Shown here: positions 30,198 to 40,409 of the stretch, one piece after another
Layout: every line of letters starts with the position of its first letter
Position numbering within the stretch: position 1 is the stretch's first letter
From: an uncultured Clostridia bacterium
Lineage (GTDB): Bacteria > Acidobacteriota > Aminicenantia > JBFLYD01 > JBBIMS01
Length of the DNA: 64,000 bases
Direction: 5' to 3'
NCBI GenBank assembly: GCA_964531645.1
Contig: CAZHEF010000002.1
Coordinates: forward strand, 8,171 to 72,170
Position numbers and translations under genes: made by a program
The notes under the pieces: model-generated
The model's database searches: none
The model's input: only the letters and a program-made list of their open reading frames with translations
What the model was told of the DNA's origin: nothing

Positions 30198-33100
30198 TTA
30201 AGCATTCTTCTCAGCTATTTTTGCTCTTCTTTGCTCAAATAGGGAATAAATTACAGGAATTACAACAAGGGTGATGAAAGTTGAGCTTGTGAGACCTCCA
30301 ATAACTGCTCTTGCAAGAGGTGTTCTAACCTCACTTCCTTCTCCCAAACCAAGGGCTAAAGGAATCATTGCAATTATTGTTGTCAGAGCAGTCATAAGAA
30401 TTGGTCTAAGCCTTCTTCTTCCAGCCTCCTTTATTGCTTCCATTAACTCCATTCCATCCCTTCTTCTAAGTAAATTGGTATAATCCACAAGAAGAATTGC
30501 ATTGTTGACGACTATTCCCCCGAGCATTATCAGCCCGATGTATGTTTGCATGTTGAGAGTTGTATCAGTAAGAATGAGAATTAAAACCACTCCAATTATC
30601 GCCAGAGGCACAGAGAACATTACTATCAGAGGATCTCTAAGAGATTCGTAAAGCATAGCCATAACCATGTAAACAAGGAAAAGAGCAAGGAGAATGCTTA
30701 TTATTAATTCACGATTCGCCTTCTGTTGTTCTTCGTAATCTCCCGTAAAGTTAATTGTAAAATCTCTTGGAACAGGAATTGACTTTAGTGCACGGCGTGC
30801 ATCAACAATGACTGAGCCAAGGTCTCGGTCTGCAATTTCAGCAGAAACATTTATTATCCTTTCCCTGTCCCTTCTTTCAATCTGCTGGGGACCTCTCTGG
30901 GGCTCCATCCCAACTACATTTCTCAGGCTGATCTGCTGTCCATCTGAGTTTGTTACAGTAAGGTCAAGAAGATTGTTGACATCAAGTTTTTCAGACTCCT
31001 TCACCTTTACAAGGATTCTGTATTCCCTTCCTCCTTCTCTGAACTGGCTTGCCTGGGAACCCATAAGTATTGTCTGGATGAAACTGGCAATCTGATTTAC
31101 CGAAAGTTTCATGTCTGAAGCCTTTTCCCTATCTATTACCAGATGTTGTTCCGGTGCTCCTTCAATTCTGCTAATTTGAACATCTGTAACACCTTTAATG
31201 TTTTCAACAACCCTTCTTATCTGTTCAGCAAGACTCTGGGCTACTTCCATATCATATCCGCGAATCTCTATCTGCAACCTTTCCTCTCCACCTCCACCTC
31301 TCATTCCAAACATCATCTGTCCACCAGAAGCTCTTGTTCTTATAATTGCTCCGGGTATACTTGACAGCTTTCTGCTGAGGTCAGATGCAATCTCCATGCT
31401 TGACCTTGTCCTCTTAGACTTTGGAACAAGCTTTAATCTAACGTTTCCCTGATTTGCCCCTCCTCTCCATCCTCCACTTCCAGCACTTTCCTCAATCGTT
31501 TCAATCTCAGGGACCATTTGTCTAACAAGAGCTGAAACTTCTTTTAGTTTCTGATCCATCACAGAAAGCCTTGTTCCAACCTCCATCTCAACAGTTATTG
31601 AAACTTCGCCCTCGTCAGTCTGAGGCAAATACTCACGCCCTACAAATCGGAGAAGGAAAATACTTATTGCAAGAAGCAATACTGTTATAAGGATAACTTG
31701 AAATCTGTGTCGGAGCGAATAGTCAAGAAGTTTTTTATAAGAATCCTCTATACTGGCAAATATTTGTTTTGCCTTAACAGCCAATCGAGAGCCAGGATTT
31801 GTTCCCGATTTCTCATCTTTAATAATTTTTGTGGCAAGCATGGGAACAAGAGTCAGGGCAACTATTAAGGAGCAGGCAAGAGAAAATGCTACCACATAAG
31901 CCAGTTGCTTGAACATTATCCCAGCAGCTCCTCTCATGAATAGCATTGGCATAAAAACAATCATTGTGGTTATTGTGCTTGCAATAATAGCTGATGTGAC
32001 CTCCCTGGCACCTTCAACACCTGCCTTCACTATTGGCATTCCCCTTTCCCTTAATCGGTAAATATTTTCCAGGACAACTATTGAGCTATCTACCATCATT
32101 CCTATTCCCAGGGCAAGCCCACCAAGACTCATTACATTTAGGGTAAATCCATTGAAATAAATCAAAATAAAGGTTGCTATTATGGAGATGGGAATTGAAA
32201 AGGCGATTACAAGAGTGCTTCTTATATTGACAAGGAAGAAGAGAAGGACAAATATGGCGAGAAGACCTCCGTAGAGAGCAGATGAACCAACATTGTTTAT
32301 TGCATCCCTTATATATTTTGCACTGTCCCTTATAGAGACAAATTTAAACTGGGGGTAATCTTCCCCAAGTCTCTTAAGCTCCTTATAAATGCCTTCAACA
32401 ACCTTAACAGTATTCTGGCCCGATTGTTTGAAAATAAGCATTCGGACTCCAGGAAGATTATTAACCCTTGCTATTCTTGTTATTCTTCTGTGAGTATCTT
32501 CAACGCTGGCAATATCTTTTATTCTGACAACAGCTCCTTCCCTTATGGCAACAATCGTCTCCTTTATCTGGTCAATATTTGTGTAAACTCCAGGGATACG
32601 AATAACAATCTCATAGTTCCCTTTCTCTATCGTTCCTGCTGGAAGATCAATATTTTCCTGTCTTATTTTGTTAATTATTAAATCGAGGGGTAGTCCGAGA
32701 GCTTTAACTTTGTCAGGGAAAAGGTTTACCTGAATTTCCCTTTCAAAACCTCCCCAAACATCCACAGAGGCAACTCCTGGAACACGCGCAATGCGATAAG
32801 AAATCTGCTCATCGATAATTTTTCTCACCTGAATGGGGTCAAGTTCGCTCAGTATCCCTATCATAAGGATTGGCATCTGAGCTGGATCAAACTTCCTTAA
32901 AGTCGGTCTTTGAACCTCCTCAGGAAAACGGGATATTATTCTGTCAATTCTTTCTCTTATATCATTTGAGGCTTCGTCAAGGTTTGTTCCCCAGGAGAAC
33001 ATCACCCTGACCACGCTGGAACCCTGAGATGAGATGGAAAATATCTCCTCCACTCCAGGAACCGAACTTAGAGCTTCCTCAATGGGACGGGTTATAATCT

Positions 33101-33281
33101 GTTCCATTTCTGCAGGAGAGGTATTGGGGTAGGAAGTGAAAACATTAAGGGTGGGATAAGTTATATCAGGCATCAGGTCTATTGGCAATCTACTCAGGGA
33201 GATGAAACCAAGAACTATTATCACAAGGATTAACATTGTTACAAAAATCGGGTGTTTTATAGAAAATTCAGAGAGACTCAT
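30198..33281 (-). CDS. RND efflux transporter permease (AcrB/CzcA family)
   Basis: 1027 aa, 12-TM architecture with two large periplasmic loops. Typical N-terminus MSLSEFSIKHPIFVTMLILVIIVLG. Confidence 0.9.
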   Translation of the reverse strand: MSLSEFSIKHPIFVTMLILVIIVLGFISLSRLPIDLMPDITYPTLNVFTSYPNTSPAEMEQIITRPIEEALSSVPGVEEIFSISSQGSSVVRVMFSWGTNLDEASNDIRERIDRIISRFPEEVQRPTLRKFDPAQMPILMIGILSELDPIQVRKIIDEQISYRIARVPGVASVDVWGGFEREIQVNLFPDKVKALGLPLDLIINKIRQENIDLPAGTIEKGNYEIVIRIPGVYTNIDQIKETIVAIREGAVVRIKDIASVEDTHRRITRIARVNNLPGVRMLIFKQSGQNTVKVVEGIYKELKRLGEDYPQFKFVSIRDSAKYIRDAINNVGSSALYGGLLAIFVLLFFLVNIRSTLVIAFSIPISIIATFILIYFNGFTLNVMSLGGLALGIGMMVDSSIVVLENIYRLRERGMPIVKAGVEGAREVTSAIIASTITTMIVFMPMLFMRGAAGIMFKQLAYVVAFSLACSLIVALTLVPMLATKIIKDEKSGTNPGSRLAVKAKQIFASIEDSYKKLLDYSLRHRFQVILITVLLLAISIFLLRFVGREYLPQTDEGEVSITVEMEVGTRLSVMDQKLKEVSALVRQMVPEIETIEESAGSGGWRGGANQGNVRLKLVPKSKRTRSSMEIASDLSRKLSSIPGAIIRTRASGGQMMFGMRGGGGEERLQIEIRGYDMEVAQSLAEQIRRVVENIKGVTDVQISRIEGAPEQHLVIDREKASDMKLSVNQIASFIQTILMGSQASQFREGGREYRILVKVKESEKLDVNNLLDLTVTNSDGQQISLRNVVGMEPQRGPQQIERRDRERIINVSAEIADRDLGSVIVDARRALKSIPVPRDFTINFTGDYEEQQKANRELIISILLALFLVYMVMAMLYESLRDPLIVMFSVPLAIIGVVLILILTDTTLNMQTYIGLIMLGGIVVNNAILLVDYTNLLRRRDGMELMEAIKEAGRRRLRPILMTALTTIIAMIPLALGLGEGSEVRTPLARAVIGGLTSSTFITLVVIPVIYSLFEQRRAKIAEKNA

Positions 33282-34522
33282 TGTCTTCTCCCTCTTTGAC
33301 CCGGAAATTTCCCGGTCTTTTGAGGCATTTCTTCTCTTTTTTCAGGCAGGATAATACCCATTCCATCCTGAAGTAAATGCTGACCGAGGGTAACTACAAA
33401 GCCAGAAATATCAGATGGTTCAAGGATCTCTGCTCTTTCTCCTTCTATTATTCCTACTTTAACAGGTTTAAAAATTGCCTTTTTATTCTCTATATCAGCA
33501 ACAAATACCCCCTGTAAATTTCCTCGAGAGACAATAGAACTAAAAGAAACAATTTTTACATTGTTTCTCTTTTCAAACTCTATCTCTGCGCCAACAAACA
33601 TCCCTGGCTTTAATTGTCCATTTTCATTATCAATATCAATTTCTACTCTTGCCTGCCTCGAAGTTTCCTTTAGTAAAGGAGCTAATCGAACAACCTTTCC
33701 ATGGAACTTCTTTTTAGGGAAAACAGTTGAACTGACTGAAACATCCTGCCCAACTTTTATTCTGAAATATTCTTTATCAGTTGCATAAATTACACATGTT
33801 ATTGGCTGAATATCGATGATGGAAATAATGGGCGTATTTACTGAAAGAAGAGCTCCTTCATCAACGAACCTTTCTCCCACATAGCGAACATCGCTTCCTT
33901 TCTCCCATGTTGCTATTATTCTTGTGTAGGAAAGGCGCACTTTTGCAGTTTCGAGGGCAGCTTCCCTATTTGCTACCTGAGCTTCAGCAACCTTGAATTT
34001 TGCTTCCTGAGCTTGAAATTGAGCACGGACAGAGTCAAATTGAGCATCGGATAAAATGCCTTTTTTGTGAAGGGTTTCTGCCCTTTCAAGCTCTTTCCTT
34101 GAAAGCTCCAGAGCACTTCTTGCTTCTTCAAAGTTTGCCCTTGCAACTTTAAGGTCAGCCTCTGCCTGAGCAACCTGTTGAAGGTATTCCTCATCGTCAA
34201 GCTGAGCTACTATCTGGCCACGATATACTCTGTCTCCAATATCCACATAAAGCTTCTTTAATTTACCTGAAACTTTTGGAGCAACTACGAACTGGGACTT
34301 TGGAATAAGAGTTCCAGAGAATTGCCCAACATCGCGGATTAAACCTATTTCTAATGGAGCTATTTCCACTGCAACAGCGGGCTGACGGAATCCACTGAAG
34401 TTTGACTTTTTAAATATCGCCTTTCCCACTCTCCATAAAACCAGACCTGCAATAATTATGGAAAGAACAAGAATAACTTTCTGAACAGTACCTGTTTTCT
34501 TAATTTTTTCAGTCATTCTCAT
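33278..34522 (-). CDS. RND efflux periplasmic adaptor (membrane fusion protein)
   Basis: N-terminal anchor, a coiled-coil hairpin (AQAEADLKVARANFEEARSALE...) and a beta-barrel domain. Stop overlaps the RND start. Confidence 0.85.
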   Translation of the reverse strand: MRMTEKIKKTGTVQKVILVLSIIIAGLVLWRVGKAIFKKSNFSGFRQPAVAVEIAPLEIGLIRDVGQFSGTLIPKSQFVVAPKVSGKLKKLYVDIGDRVYRGQIVAQLDDEEYLQQVAQAEADLKVARANFEEARSALELSRKELERAETLHKKGILSDAQFDSVRAQFQAQEAKFKVAEAQVANREAALETAKVRLSYTRIIATWEKGSDVRYVGERFVDEGALLSVNTPIISIIDIQPITCVIYATDKEYFRIKVGQDVSVSSTVFPKKKFHGKVVRLAPLLKETSRQARVEIDIDNENGQLKPGMFVGAEIEFEKRNNVKIVSFSSIVSRGNLQGVFVADIENKKAIFKPVKVGIIEGERAEILEPSDISGFVVTLGQHLLQDGMGIILPEKREEMPQKTGKFPGQRGRRQ

Positions 34523-34555
34523 CTTCTATCTGTCTCCTCATTTAATTTATCAAAA

Positions 34556-36178
34556 TTAATCATTGCCAAGAACGGATATACCACGGCGCTCCCTGCCAAT
34601 TCCCATAACTCTATCAAGATTTGCAAGGGAAATATTGTAATCTATCAATGCTTTAAGTTCCATTGTCTGAGCATTCGCTAAATCCCTCTGATACTGAAGA
34701 ACAAGGTAATTGGTGCTCATTCCAACTTTAAATTTCTCCAGCTCAGCTTCAAGTTTTTTCTCCGCAAGCTCTCTTGCTGCCTTATAAGCTTTTGCTCTCT
34801 GGTAATTTGTCTCAACCGCTCTCACTGTATTACTAATCTCAAGATCAACTTGCTGTTGCTGGCTCTTTAGCTTTAATCTTGCCTGTTCAAGACTGAGCCA
34901 AGCCTGTGCATAATTGGCTTTTGAGATAACATTGCTTATTGGCAAGGCAAGTGTCAAGCCCATAGCCCAGTTTCTGAATTTAAAATTCATCGCATCTTTT
35001 AAGGCATCGGACTTTTTCCCTGGTATTGTACCTAATCTCACACCTGTTAGGGGATTGTCATCCTTATAGATAATCTGATCTCCTGAAATTCCAGGGCTCC
35101 AGTAAGAGAGTGTAAAGCGAAGATCTGGAAGGAGCTGGTTTCTTGAGTAACTTAAATTAAATTCTTTGTTCTTCAGGTCAATTTGCAGAGCTTTAAGATC
35201 TGGTCTTTTCTGAAGAGCTATATTTAGAGCTTCTTCATAACTTATTTCCCTTTTCTCAAGAGATGGAGAATCTACAGGAACGATCTTAATATTTTTTATA
35301 TTCCCTATTTCAGCCAGTAGATTAACTAATGTTTTAAGCTGGTCTTCATAATTTTTTACCAGAGCCTCTGCTTCAAGAATGTCAGCTTCACGAGTGCTAA
35401 CCTCACTTTGTGCTGTAAGGAGTTCTATTGGTGGTAGTGTCCCCGCCTCTATTTCAGCTTTGTTCTTTTCAAGAAGCTCCTGTGCTAATTTTAATGATTG
35501 CTGGCGAACTTTCAAGTTTTCTCTGCTATAAACGAGATTCCAGTAAGCAACTTCCACATTGTATATAATATCTTCAAGAATTTTGTTGAAATTCTCTTCA
35601 GAAATCTCACTGTTATATCTGGCAATTATTATCTCTCTTCTTCCCAATTTAAAACCGAATCCAAAGTCCTTCAATAAGGGTTGGCTAAAATTCATACGGA
35701 TTGTGGAACCAAAGCGAGGATTAATGGTCTGAAAACTTCTATTGCTGTCATTTATATAATTATAGAGACTTACTAAAAAAGAACCACCAGTTGGGATGTT
35801 CTGATTGAGCTGAATAGTGTAATCGTTCTGCTTTGTTACAACCACATCGGATGCTTCAAGGAATGAATAGGATGCTGTTCGGGTGTTCTGGTCATTATAA
35901 TTTACACTTATTGAGGGGAAGAATTTCTCTACAGCCATTCTTACATTCCAATTTGCTATTTCAGGTGTGAGCGTCTCAGCTTTAAGGCTCAGGTTATTCT
36001 TTATTGCCTTTAAAATGCAATCATCAAGGGAAAGTTCAATAACCTTTTCTCCTTCTAAATTTGTAGGTTGGTCTTGCTCATTCGCCGGGGTAAAACTTAA
36101 AAGATTCTGAATAGACCATAGAAAAATAAACAAGAAAGAAAATATGGATATATATAAAACGCTTTTCTTAATCTCCAT
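34556..36178 (-). CDS. TolC-family outer-membrane efflux protein
   Basis: 540 aa with signal peptide and tandem coiled-coil/beta repeats. First gene of the efflux operon. Confidence 0.8.
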   Translation of the reverse strand: MEIKKSVLYISIFSFLFIFLWSIQNLLSFTPANEQDQPTNLEGEKVIELSLDDCILKAIKNNLSLKAETLTPEIANWNVRMAVEKFFPSISVNYNDQNTRTASYSFLEASDVVVTKQNDYTIQLNQNIPTGGSFLVSLYNYINDSNRSFQTINPRFGSTIRMNFSQPLLKDFGFGFKLGRREIIIARYNSEISEENFNKILEDIIYNVEVAYWNLVYSRENLKVRQQSLKLAQELLEKNKAEIEAGTLPPIELLTAQSEVSTREADILEAEALVKNYEDQLKTLVNLLAEIGNIKNIKIVPVDSPSLEKREISYEEALNIALQKRPDLKALQIDLKNKEFNLSYSRNQLLPDLRFTLSYWSPGISGDQIIYKDDNPLTGVRLGTIPGKKSDALKDAMNFKFRNWAMGLTLALPISNVISKANYAQAWLSLEQARLKLKSQQQQVDLEISNTVRAVETNYQRAKAYKAARELAEKKLEAELEKFKVGMSTNYLVLQYQRDLANAQTMELKALIDYNISLANLDRVMGIGRERRGISVLGND

Positions 36179-36268
36179 ATAGACCTCCTATTTTTCATTG
36201 GTGTTATATTTATTAATCCTCGAGCAACTCAAAAAGTTTCAAAAATCTTAAATATTTTTATTTCAAAA

Positions 36269-37174
36269 TTAAATGTTCCTTGTTCCAAACTTCGAAGTCA
36301 CAACAATACCTATACCAGCAATGTCAACAAATAATCTCATAAGAAATGAGAGAAAAGGAATAAATGAGATAATGAAAAATAAGACAAAACCTGAAATAAC
36401 TGCAATTGTGTTGGTGAATTCGCTCCTTTTGAATGCCTTAAGAAGAGCGGAACCAATCCAGTGGAATACAACAGTTCTACCAAAAAGCAGGGAAAGAAAT
36501 AAACCTATTAAAACAAAGACTAAAAATGGAATCCCTATTAAAAAAAGACTCAGAAAGCCAAAAAACCCTAAAAAGACGATAATTATTAGAAGGGATAATA
36601 GACCTACCAGAAGCCCTTTCCCGATATTTTTATTTAATAGGATGGAGGTTTCTAAAACATTTTTAGGAAAGATAAAATTAACAATCAATACCAGTAAAAA
36701 CCAGCTCAGGAGAGCAATTACCTTCAAGAGAATCTCATAAGGTTTTGATGGAAAAGAAATCGCTCCCTTTAATACTGATTTTAAAAAAGCAGGAAGGTTC
36801 CTGCCAGGTTTAAAATAAAACATATCCCCTTCAATGCAAGTTTCTCTCTCTTTTTTAAGTCTCCCGCCTATTACAAGAAGGTCTCCATTTATCTTTGCCC
36901 CTGAAAGAACTGAAACCTTTGAGCCAATCCCTACAACATCTTCATTGACCGTTCCATAAACATTTATTGAACCTCCTATTACAATTACAGATTTTTTTGC
37001 TGTCCCATGAATAGTGACTTCCGTTCCAAAGGAGATTATATCCTTTCCGTAAACCTCGTCTTTCTCAATTATTATATCCCTTCTCCCTTCTCCATCTTCT
37101 GAGGGAAAGAAAAGAGGTTTTGGAATAAGAAGTAAAAGGGATAGAAAAATGCTAACTATTTTCATCTCTAACAC
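36269..37174 (-). CDS. Membrane protein with periplasmic bactofilin/beta-helix-like repeat domain plus polytopic TM region (polymer-forming cytoskeletal-like)
   Basis: Signal peptide, then a repetitive GTxxxGSxxVxG beta-strand repeat region, then about 5 TM helices. Immediately downstream of, and overlapping, the anti-sigma gene. Confidence 0.5.
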   Translation of the reverse strand: MLEMKIVSIFLSLLLLIPKPLFFPSEDGEGRRDIIIEKDEVYGKDIISFGTEVTIHGTAKKSVIVIGGSINVYGTVNEDVVGIGSKVSVLSGAKINGDLLVIGGRLKKERETCIEGDMFYFKPGRNLPAFLKSVLKGAISFPSKPYEILLKVIALLSWFLLVLIVNFIFPKNVLETSILLNKNIGKGLLVGLLSLLIIIVFLGFFGFLSLFLIGIPFLVFVLIGLFLSLLFGRTVVFHWIGSALLKAFKRSEFTNTIAVISGFVLFFIISFIPFLSFLMRLFVDIAGIGIVVTSKFGTRNI

Positions 37175-37688
37175 CTCTCAAAGGAAAATAATTCAATAAA
37201 ATTAAAAATAATATGGTTGAAAATATGAGAAGAAGAAAAATAGCAAAAATAGGAATTGCAAGGCTTGAAGAAATGGCAGAAATTTTTTTGAATATTTCAA
37301 AGAAACTTGAAATAAGTTTGTTAATTCCAATGGCAACTTTTATCAATAATTTGTATTGATTGGCAAGAAGAAAAAGCTCTTCCTCTGGAAAACCAGAAAT
37401 TGAAATTAAGACTACCAAAAGGGACAAAATAAAAACTGGAAAAGAAGTGAGGGCTATGGATAGCTTTTTTAAGAAACTTCTTCTCTTCTCAATTTCAAAA
37501 ATGATATGAGAATGGAAATCGGAAGGAATTGAAATCTTTTCAATGTTTCTCATTGAGTGAATAACCCTTTTTCTTATTTCAAAGGATTCCCTGCATCTTG
37601 AACAATTCTTAATGTGTTCCATTAAAAATTCTTTTCTTTCTGATGCTCCATTTAAAAGTTCATATATATCTTCTATTTTAAGGTGCAT
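37152..37688 (-). CDS. Anti-sigma factor, zf-HC2 type, membrane-anchored
   Basis: N-terminal H-x3-C-x2-C motif (HIKNCSRCRESF) followed by TM segments. Directly downstream of the ECF sigma gene (1-nt gap). Confidence 0.7.
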   Translation of the reverse strand: MHLKIEDIYELLNGASERKEFLMEHIKNCSRCRESFEIRKRVIHSMRNIEKISIPSDFHSHIIFEIEKRRSFLKKLSIALTSFPVFILSLLVVLISISGFPEEELFLLANQYKLLIKVAIGINKLISSFFEIFKKISAISSSLAIPIFAIFLLLIFSTILFLILLNYFPLRGVRDENS

Positions 37689-37689
37689 C

Positions 37690-38244
37690 TTACTCCTCCA
37701 GTAATTTTCTCAAAATCTCTCTCCCCCTGAATATTTTGTTTTTGACTGTTCCGAGGGGGAGATTCTTTATATCTGCAATTTCGTTATATGTAAGCTCATT
37801 AATATCTCTAAGAATTATAAATTCTCTTAAAGATTCGGGAAGCATTTTAAGAGCATTTTCAAATTTATTATAAAATATTTCTCTATCAAGATTCTTAACA
37901 GGACTCATGCTTTGGTCAGGAATATCAGTTTCTTTACTTCTATTACTCAAACTCTCTGTATTATAGTTTTTCCTTTTCTTTTTTCTCAGATAGTCAATTG
38001 TCAGGTTGGAGGCAATCTTGTAAATCCATGTACTGAAGGAATAGTGGAAGTTATATGTGCTAAGGGAAAAATATGCCTTAATGAAAGTCTCCTGTGCAAG
38101 ATCCATTGCCTCGTCCATGTCAAGAATCATCCTGTATATATAGTTAATAATTCCATTCTGGTATCTGAGAATGAGAGCCTCAAAGGCTTCCTTTTCTCCC
38201 TTGAGAGCAATCTCAACAAGCTCTCTATCTGATTTTTCAGCCAT
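37690..38244 (-). CDS. ECF (sigma-70 family) RNA polymerase sigma factor
   Basis: 184 aa. Region 2 (YRMILDMDEAMDLAQETFIKAY) and region 4 HTH (LTYNEIADIKNLPLGTVKNKIFRGR). Confidence 0.85.
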   Translation of the reverse strand: MAEKSDRELVEIALKGEKEAFEALILRYQNGIINYIYRMILDMDEAMDLAQETFIKAYFSLSTYNFHYSFSTWIYKIASNLTIDYLRKKKRKNYNTESLSNRSKETDIPDQSMSPVKNLDREIFYNKFENALKMLPESLREFIILRDINELTYNEIADIKNLPLGTVKNKIFRGREILRKLLEE

Positions 38245-38300
38245 ATCCCTATCATCATGTGCCCTTTCAACTCATTATACGAGACGAAAGGGAAATAGTT

Positions 38301-38843
38301 TTATATATCCTCCAGGGTGAAAATTTTATCAGAAATTTTTACATTTTTTAAAAATTTCTTTAAAATTATTTTGTTCTCAGAGTAATCAAATTTAATGATT
38401 ATTTCTTTTATTTCCTCCTTTAAATACTTAATTTCTACAGAGTTAAAGTCTCTTTTTTCTTTTGGAAAAAGAACTACACACTGGGCTGACGAACAATCCT
38501 TCTCCTTCATACTAAAAAAATCTGAGAGCTTTCCTTCTGTTAAAATTGAGAATATGTCCATCATATCCCCTGTTATTCTCTCCCTTTGAATCAATCCTTC
38601 ATCGGGTATATAGGTTAGGACTTCCACACCATTTAATATAAATATTTTCCTTTCAGGCTCAATGTATTCCCATCGGAAAAGAGATGGTTTTTTGAAGTAA
38701 ACAATACCTTTCTCCTTCATTTCTTCCTTGCTTCCGGAATAAGAGTAAATCTGCTCAAATTCAGCTTTAAAAGACTGAATCGAAGCAAAATCTCTTTCTA
38801 TTGACTGGAATTGTAAAAAAATAAAAAAAAGAAACCCAAGCAT
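38301..38843 (-). CDS. LolA-like outer-membrane lipoprotein carrier family protein
   Basis: FKAEFEQ motif, size (~180 aa) and a signal-like N-terminus resemble the LolA/LolB fold. Confidence 0.5.
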   Translation of the reverse strand: MLGFLFFIFLQFQSIERDFASIQSFKAEFEQIYSYSGSKEEMKEKGIVYFKKPSLFRWEYIEPERKIFILNGVEVLTYIPDEGLIQRERITGDMMDIFSILTEGKLSDFFSMKEKDCSSAQCVVLFPKEKRDFNSVEIKYLKEEIKEIIIKFDYSENKIILKKFLKNVKISDKIFTLEDI

Positions 38844-39133
38844 AGGTTATTATTATACATTTCATTAAAATTAAAAAATAGTTCTTCTAAGATTAAGATA
38901 AGGAAAGAAAAATGAGTTCATGAGTTGGTTGGTTAGTCCCATTGTTGCCAAAATCTGGGTCGGCCCATAGAGTTTTGCTAAATAGACTGAAATAGCGATG
39001 TGTGTTCCGAGGTAAAAGAACCTTCAATTATTTCCGTCCTGAATATTACGAAACAACAAATCCTTCAAAAGCTTCTTGCAGGAGTCCTGGCCTATTACGC
39101 TCCTTGCTTTATTTATCATCATAGAGATTTATT

Positions 39134-40103
39134 TTATTTTCCTAAAACATATCTTACCACTTTCGGATAATCATCTTCTTCTACAAAATATAACCTTCCT
39201 TTGAAATCCATTACTTTTAAATAGCCTTTTACATTTAAGTATCCAATATATTTGTAATTTTTAAATATCTCCATTATAAATTTTCCATTCTGAAGACTGA
39301 GAGGAAGAACAACGAACAATAGATTATCTCTTTCAAATATTGGAAATAATGAGCGAATTTTAAGCTTTTTCCCAAACCGTTCCACATAATCAAATGATTT
39401 GAAAAATCAGATTTTCTATGCAATAAAATTTCTGAAGAATCCTTTGTAAATGCCCATATTTCATAAGAAAAAGGATGGCATGCATATATTTTTAGTTCTA
39501 TCTGAAAAATAAGCAAAAATTGGTATTCGCCATCCTTTATACCTTTCATACTCAGGTGGCACTTTAAAGGAGTTCCAAAAGAATAAGCTAATATGCCCCT
39601 TTCTTATATACATGAAAAATTTTATCGTTCTTTACACCTACTATTATGATATTATCCTTAGAATCTATTAGAATATCCATAGCAATATCCAATTTTAATC
39701 GCCACGAGCTAAAAATTCTCCATTCTCTTTGAACTCGTGCACCATTTTTTTTTGATTCTATCTAAACTTTTATTCTTCCTCTCGAATCCACTGCCACTGA
39801 GAATATTGAACTCTCTGGAAATTATCCAGGTCCTTCCCCCTTTCCTCCTATTACTCTTAAAAAAAACCCCCCTTTCATTAAAAATCTTTATAACATTCTT
39901 TGGATAATCAAAAATGTAAATATTTCCATTTTTACCAACTGAAATATCAGCAATCTCACTAAAGAAGTATAATTCATCACTTTCTTTACCTATTTCTAAG
40001 TCTTTTTTAAATCAAATTTTTCTAAACTGCTTGCATAAGATACATTTTGCAGGTTTAATAAAAAAAGCAAAATAGAAAAAATAAAAACAAGTTTTATCTT
40101 CAT
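39134..40103 (-). pseudogene. NHL-repeat / six-bladed beta-propeller secreted protein, disrupted by at least two frameshifts at homopolymers (G6/A8 near 39862..39876 and T10 at 39741..39750)
   Basis: Manual minus-strand translation gives a signal peptide MKIKLVFIFSILLFLL, then NHL-like blades (ISVGKNGNIYIFDYPKNVIKIF; GEGPGxF...SVAVDSRGRI) spread over three frames. Only short ORFs (39134..39385, 39274..39549) survive. Confidence 0.55.
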
Positions 40104-40348
40104 TCTTTCCTCCCTTTATCAATTTTATCTGAGCCAAGGGGTTGAATCTCTCCATAATCAAGAAATTTGAGAAGGGAATTCTGGAAATTCTCTGATGATG
40201 ATTGTATCTCATCTGAGAAAATTGTCCCTCCATCCGCTGATTTCAGTATCCCAGATCTTTTCTCAATCGCTCCTGTGTATGCTCCCTTCTCATGTCCAAA
40301 TAGCTCAGAGTAAAGAACTCCCTTGTCAGACTCGGATGAGCAGTTCAA
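40100..40348 (-). pseudogene. Fragment of a sigma-54-dependent transcriptional activator (AAA+ core remnant)
   Basis: ELFGHEKGAYTGA...GGTIFSDEI are hallmark blocks of the NtrC-family sigma-54 interaction domain, but the ORF is only 82 aa and lacks Walker A, R-finger and HTH. The stop overlaps the start of the NHL pseudogene (ATGA). Confidence 0.6.
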
Positions 40349-40409
40349 TGGATAAAAGGGTTTATCTTTTCTTTTGCTTAAAAAATGAATGTCATGCTAT
40401 AGGAAAAAA

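Noticed and set aside
38910-39080. GC-richer non-coding stretch examined as a possible tRNA/6S/SRP/tmRNA/RNase P gene
   Set aside because: There is no cloverleaf-compatible acceptor/anticodon arrangement and none of the conserved SRP, tmRNA or RNase P sequence blocks. It is retained only as part of the gene-decay island finding.
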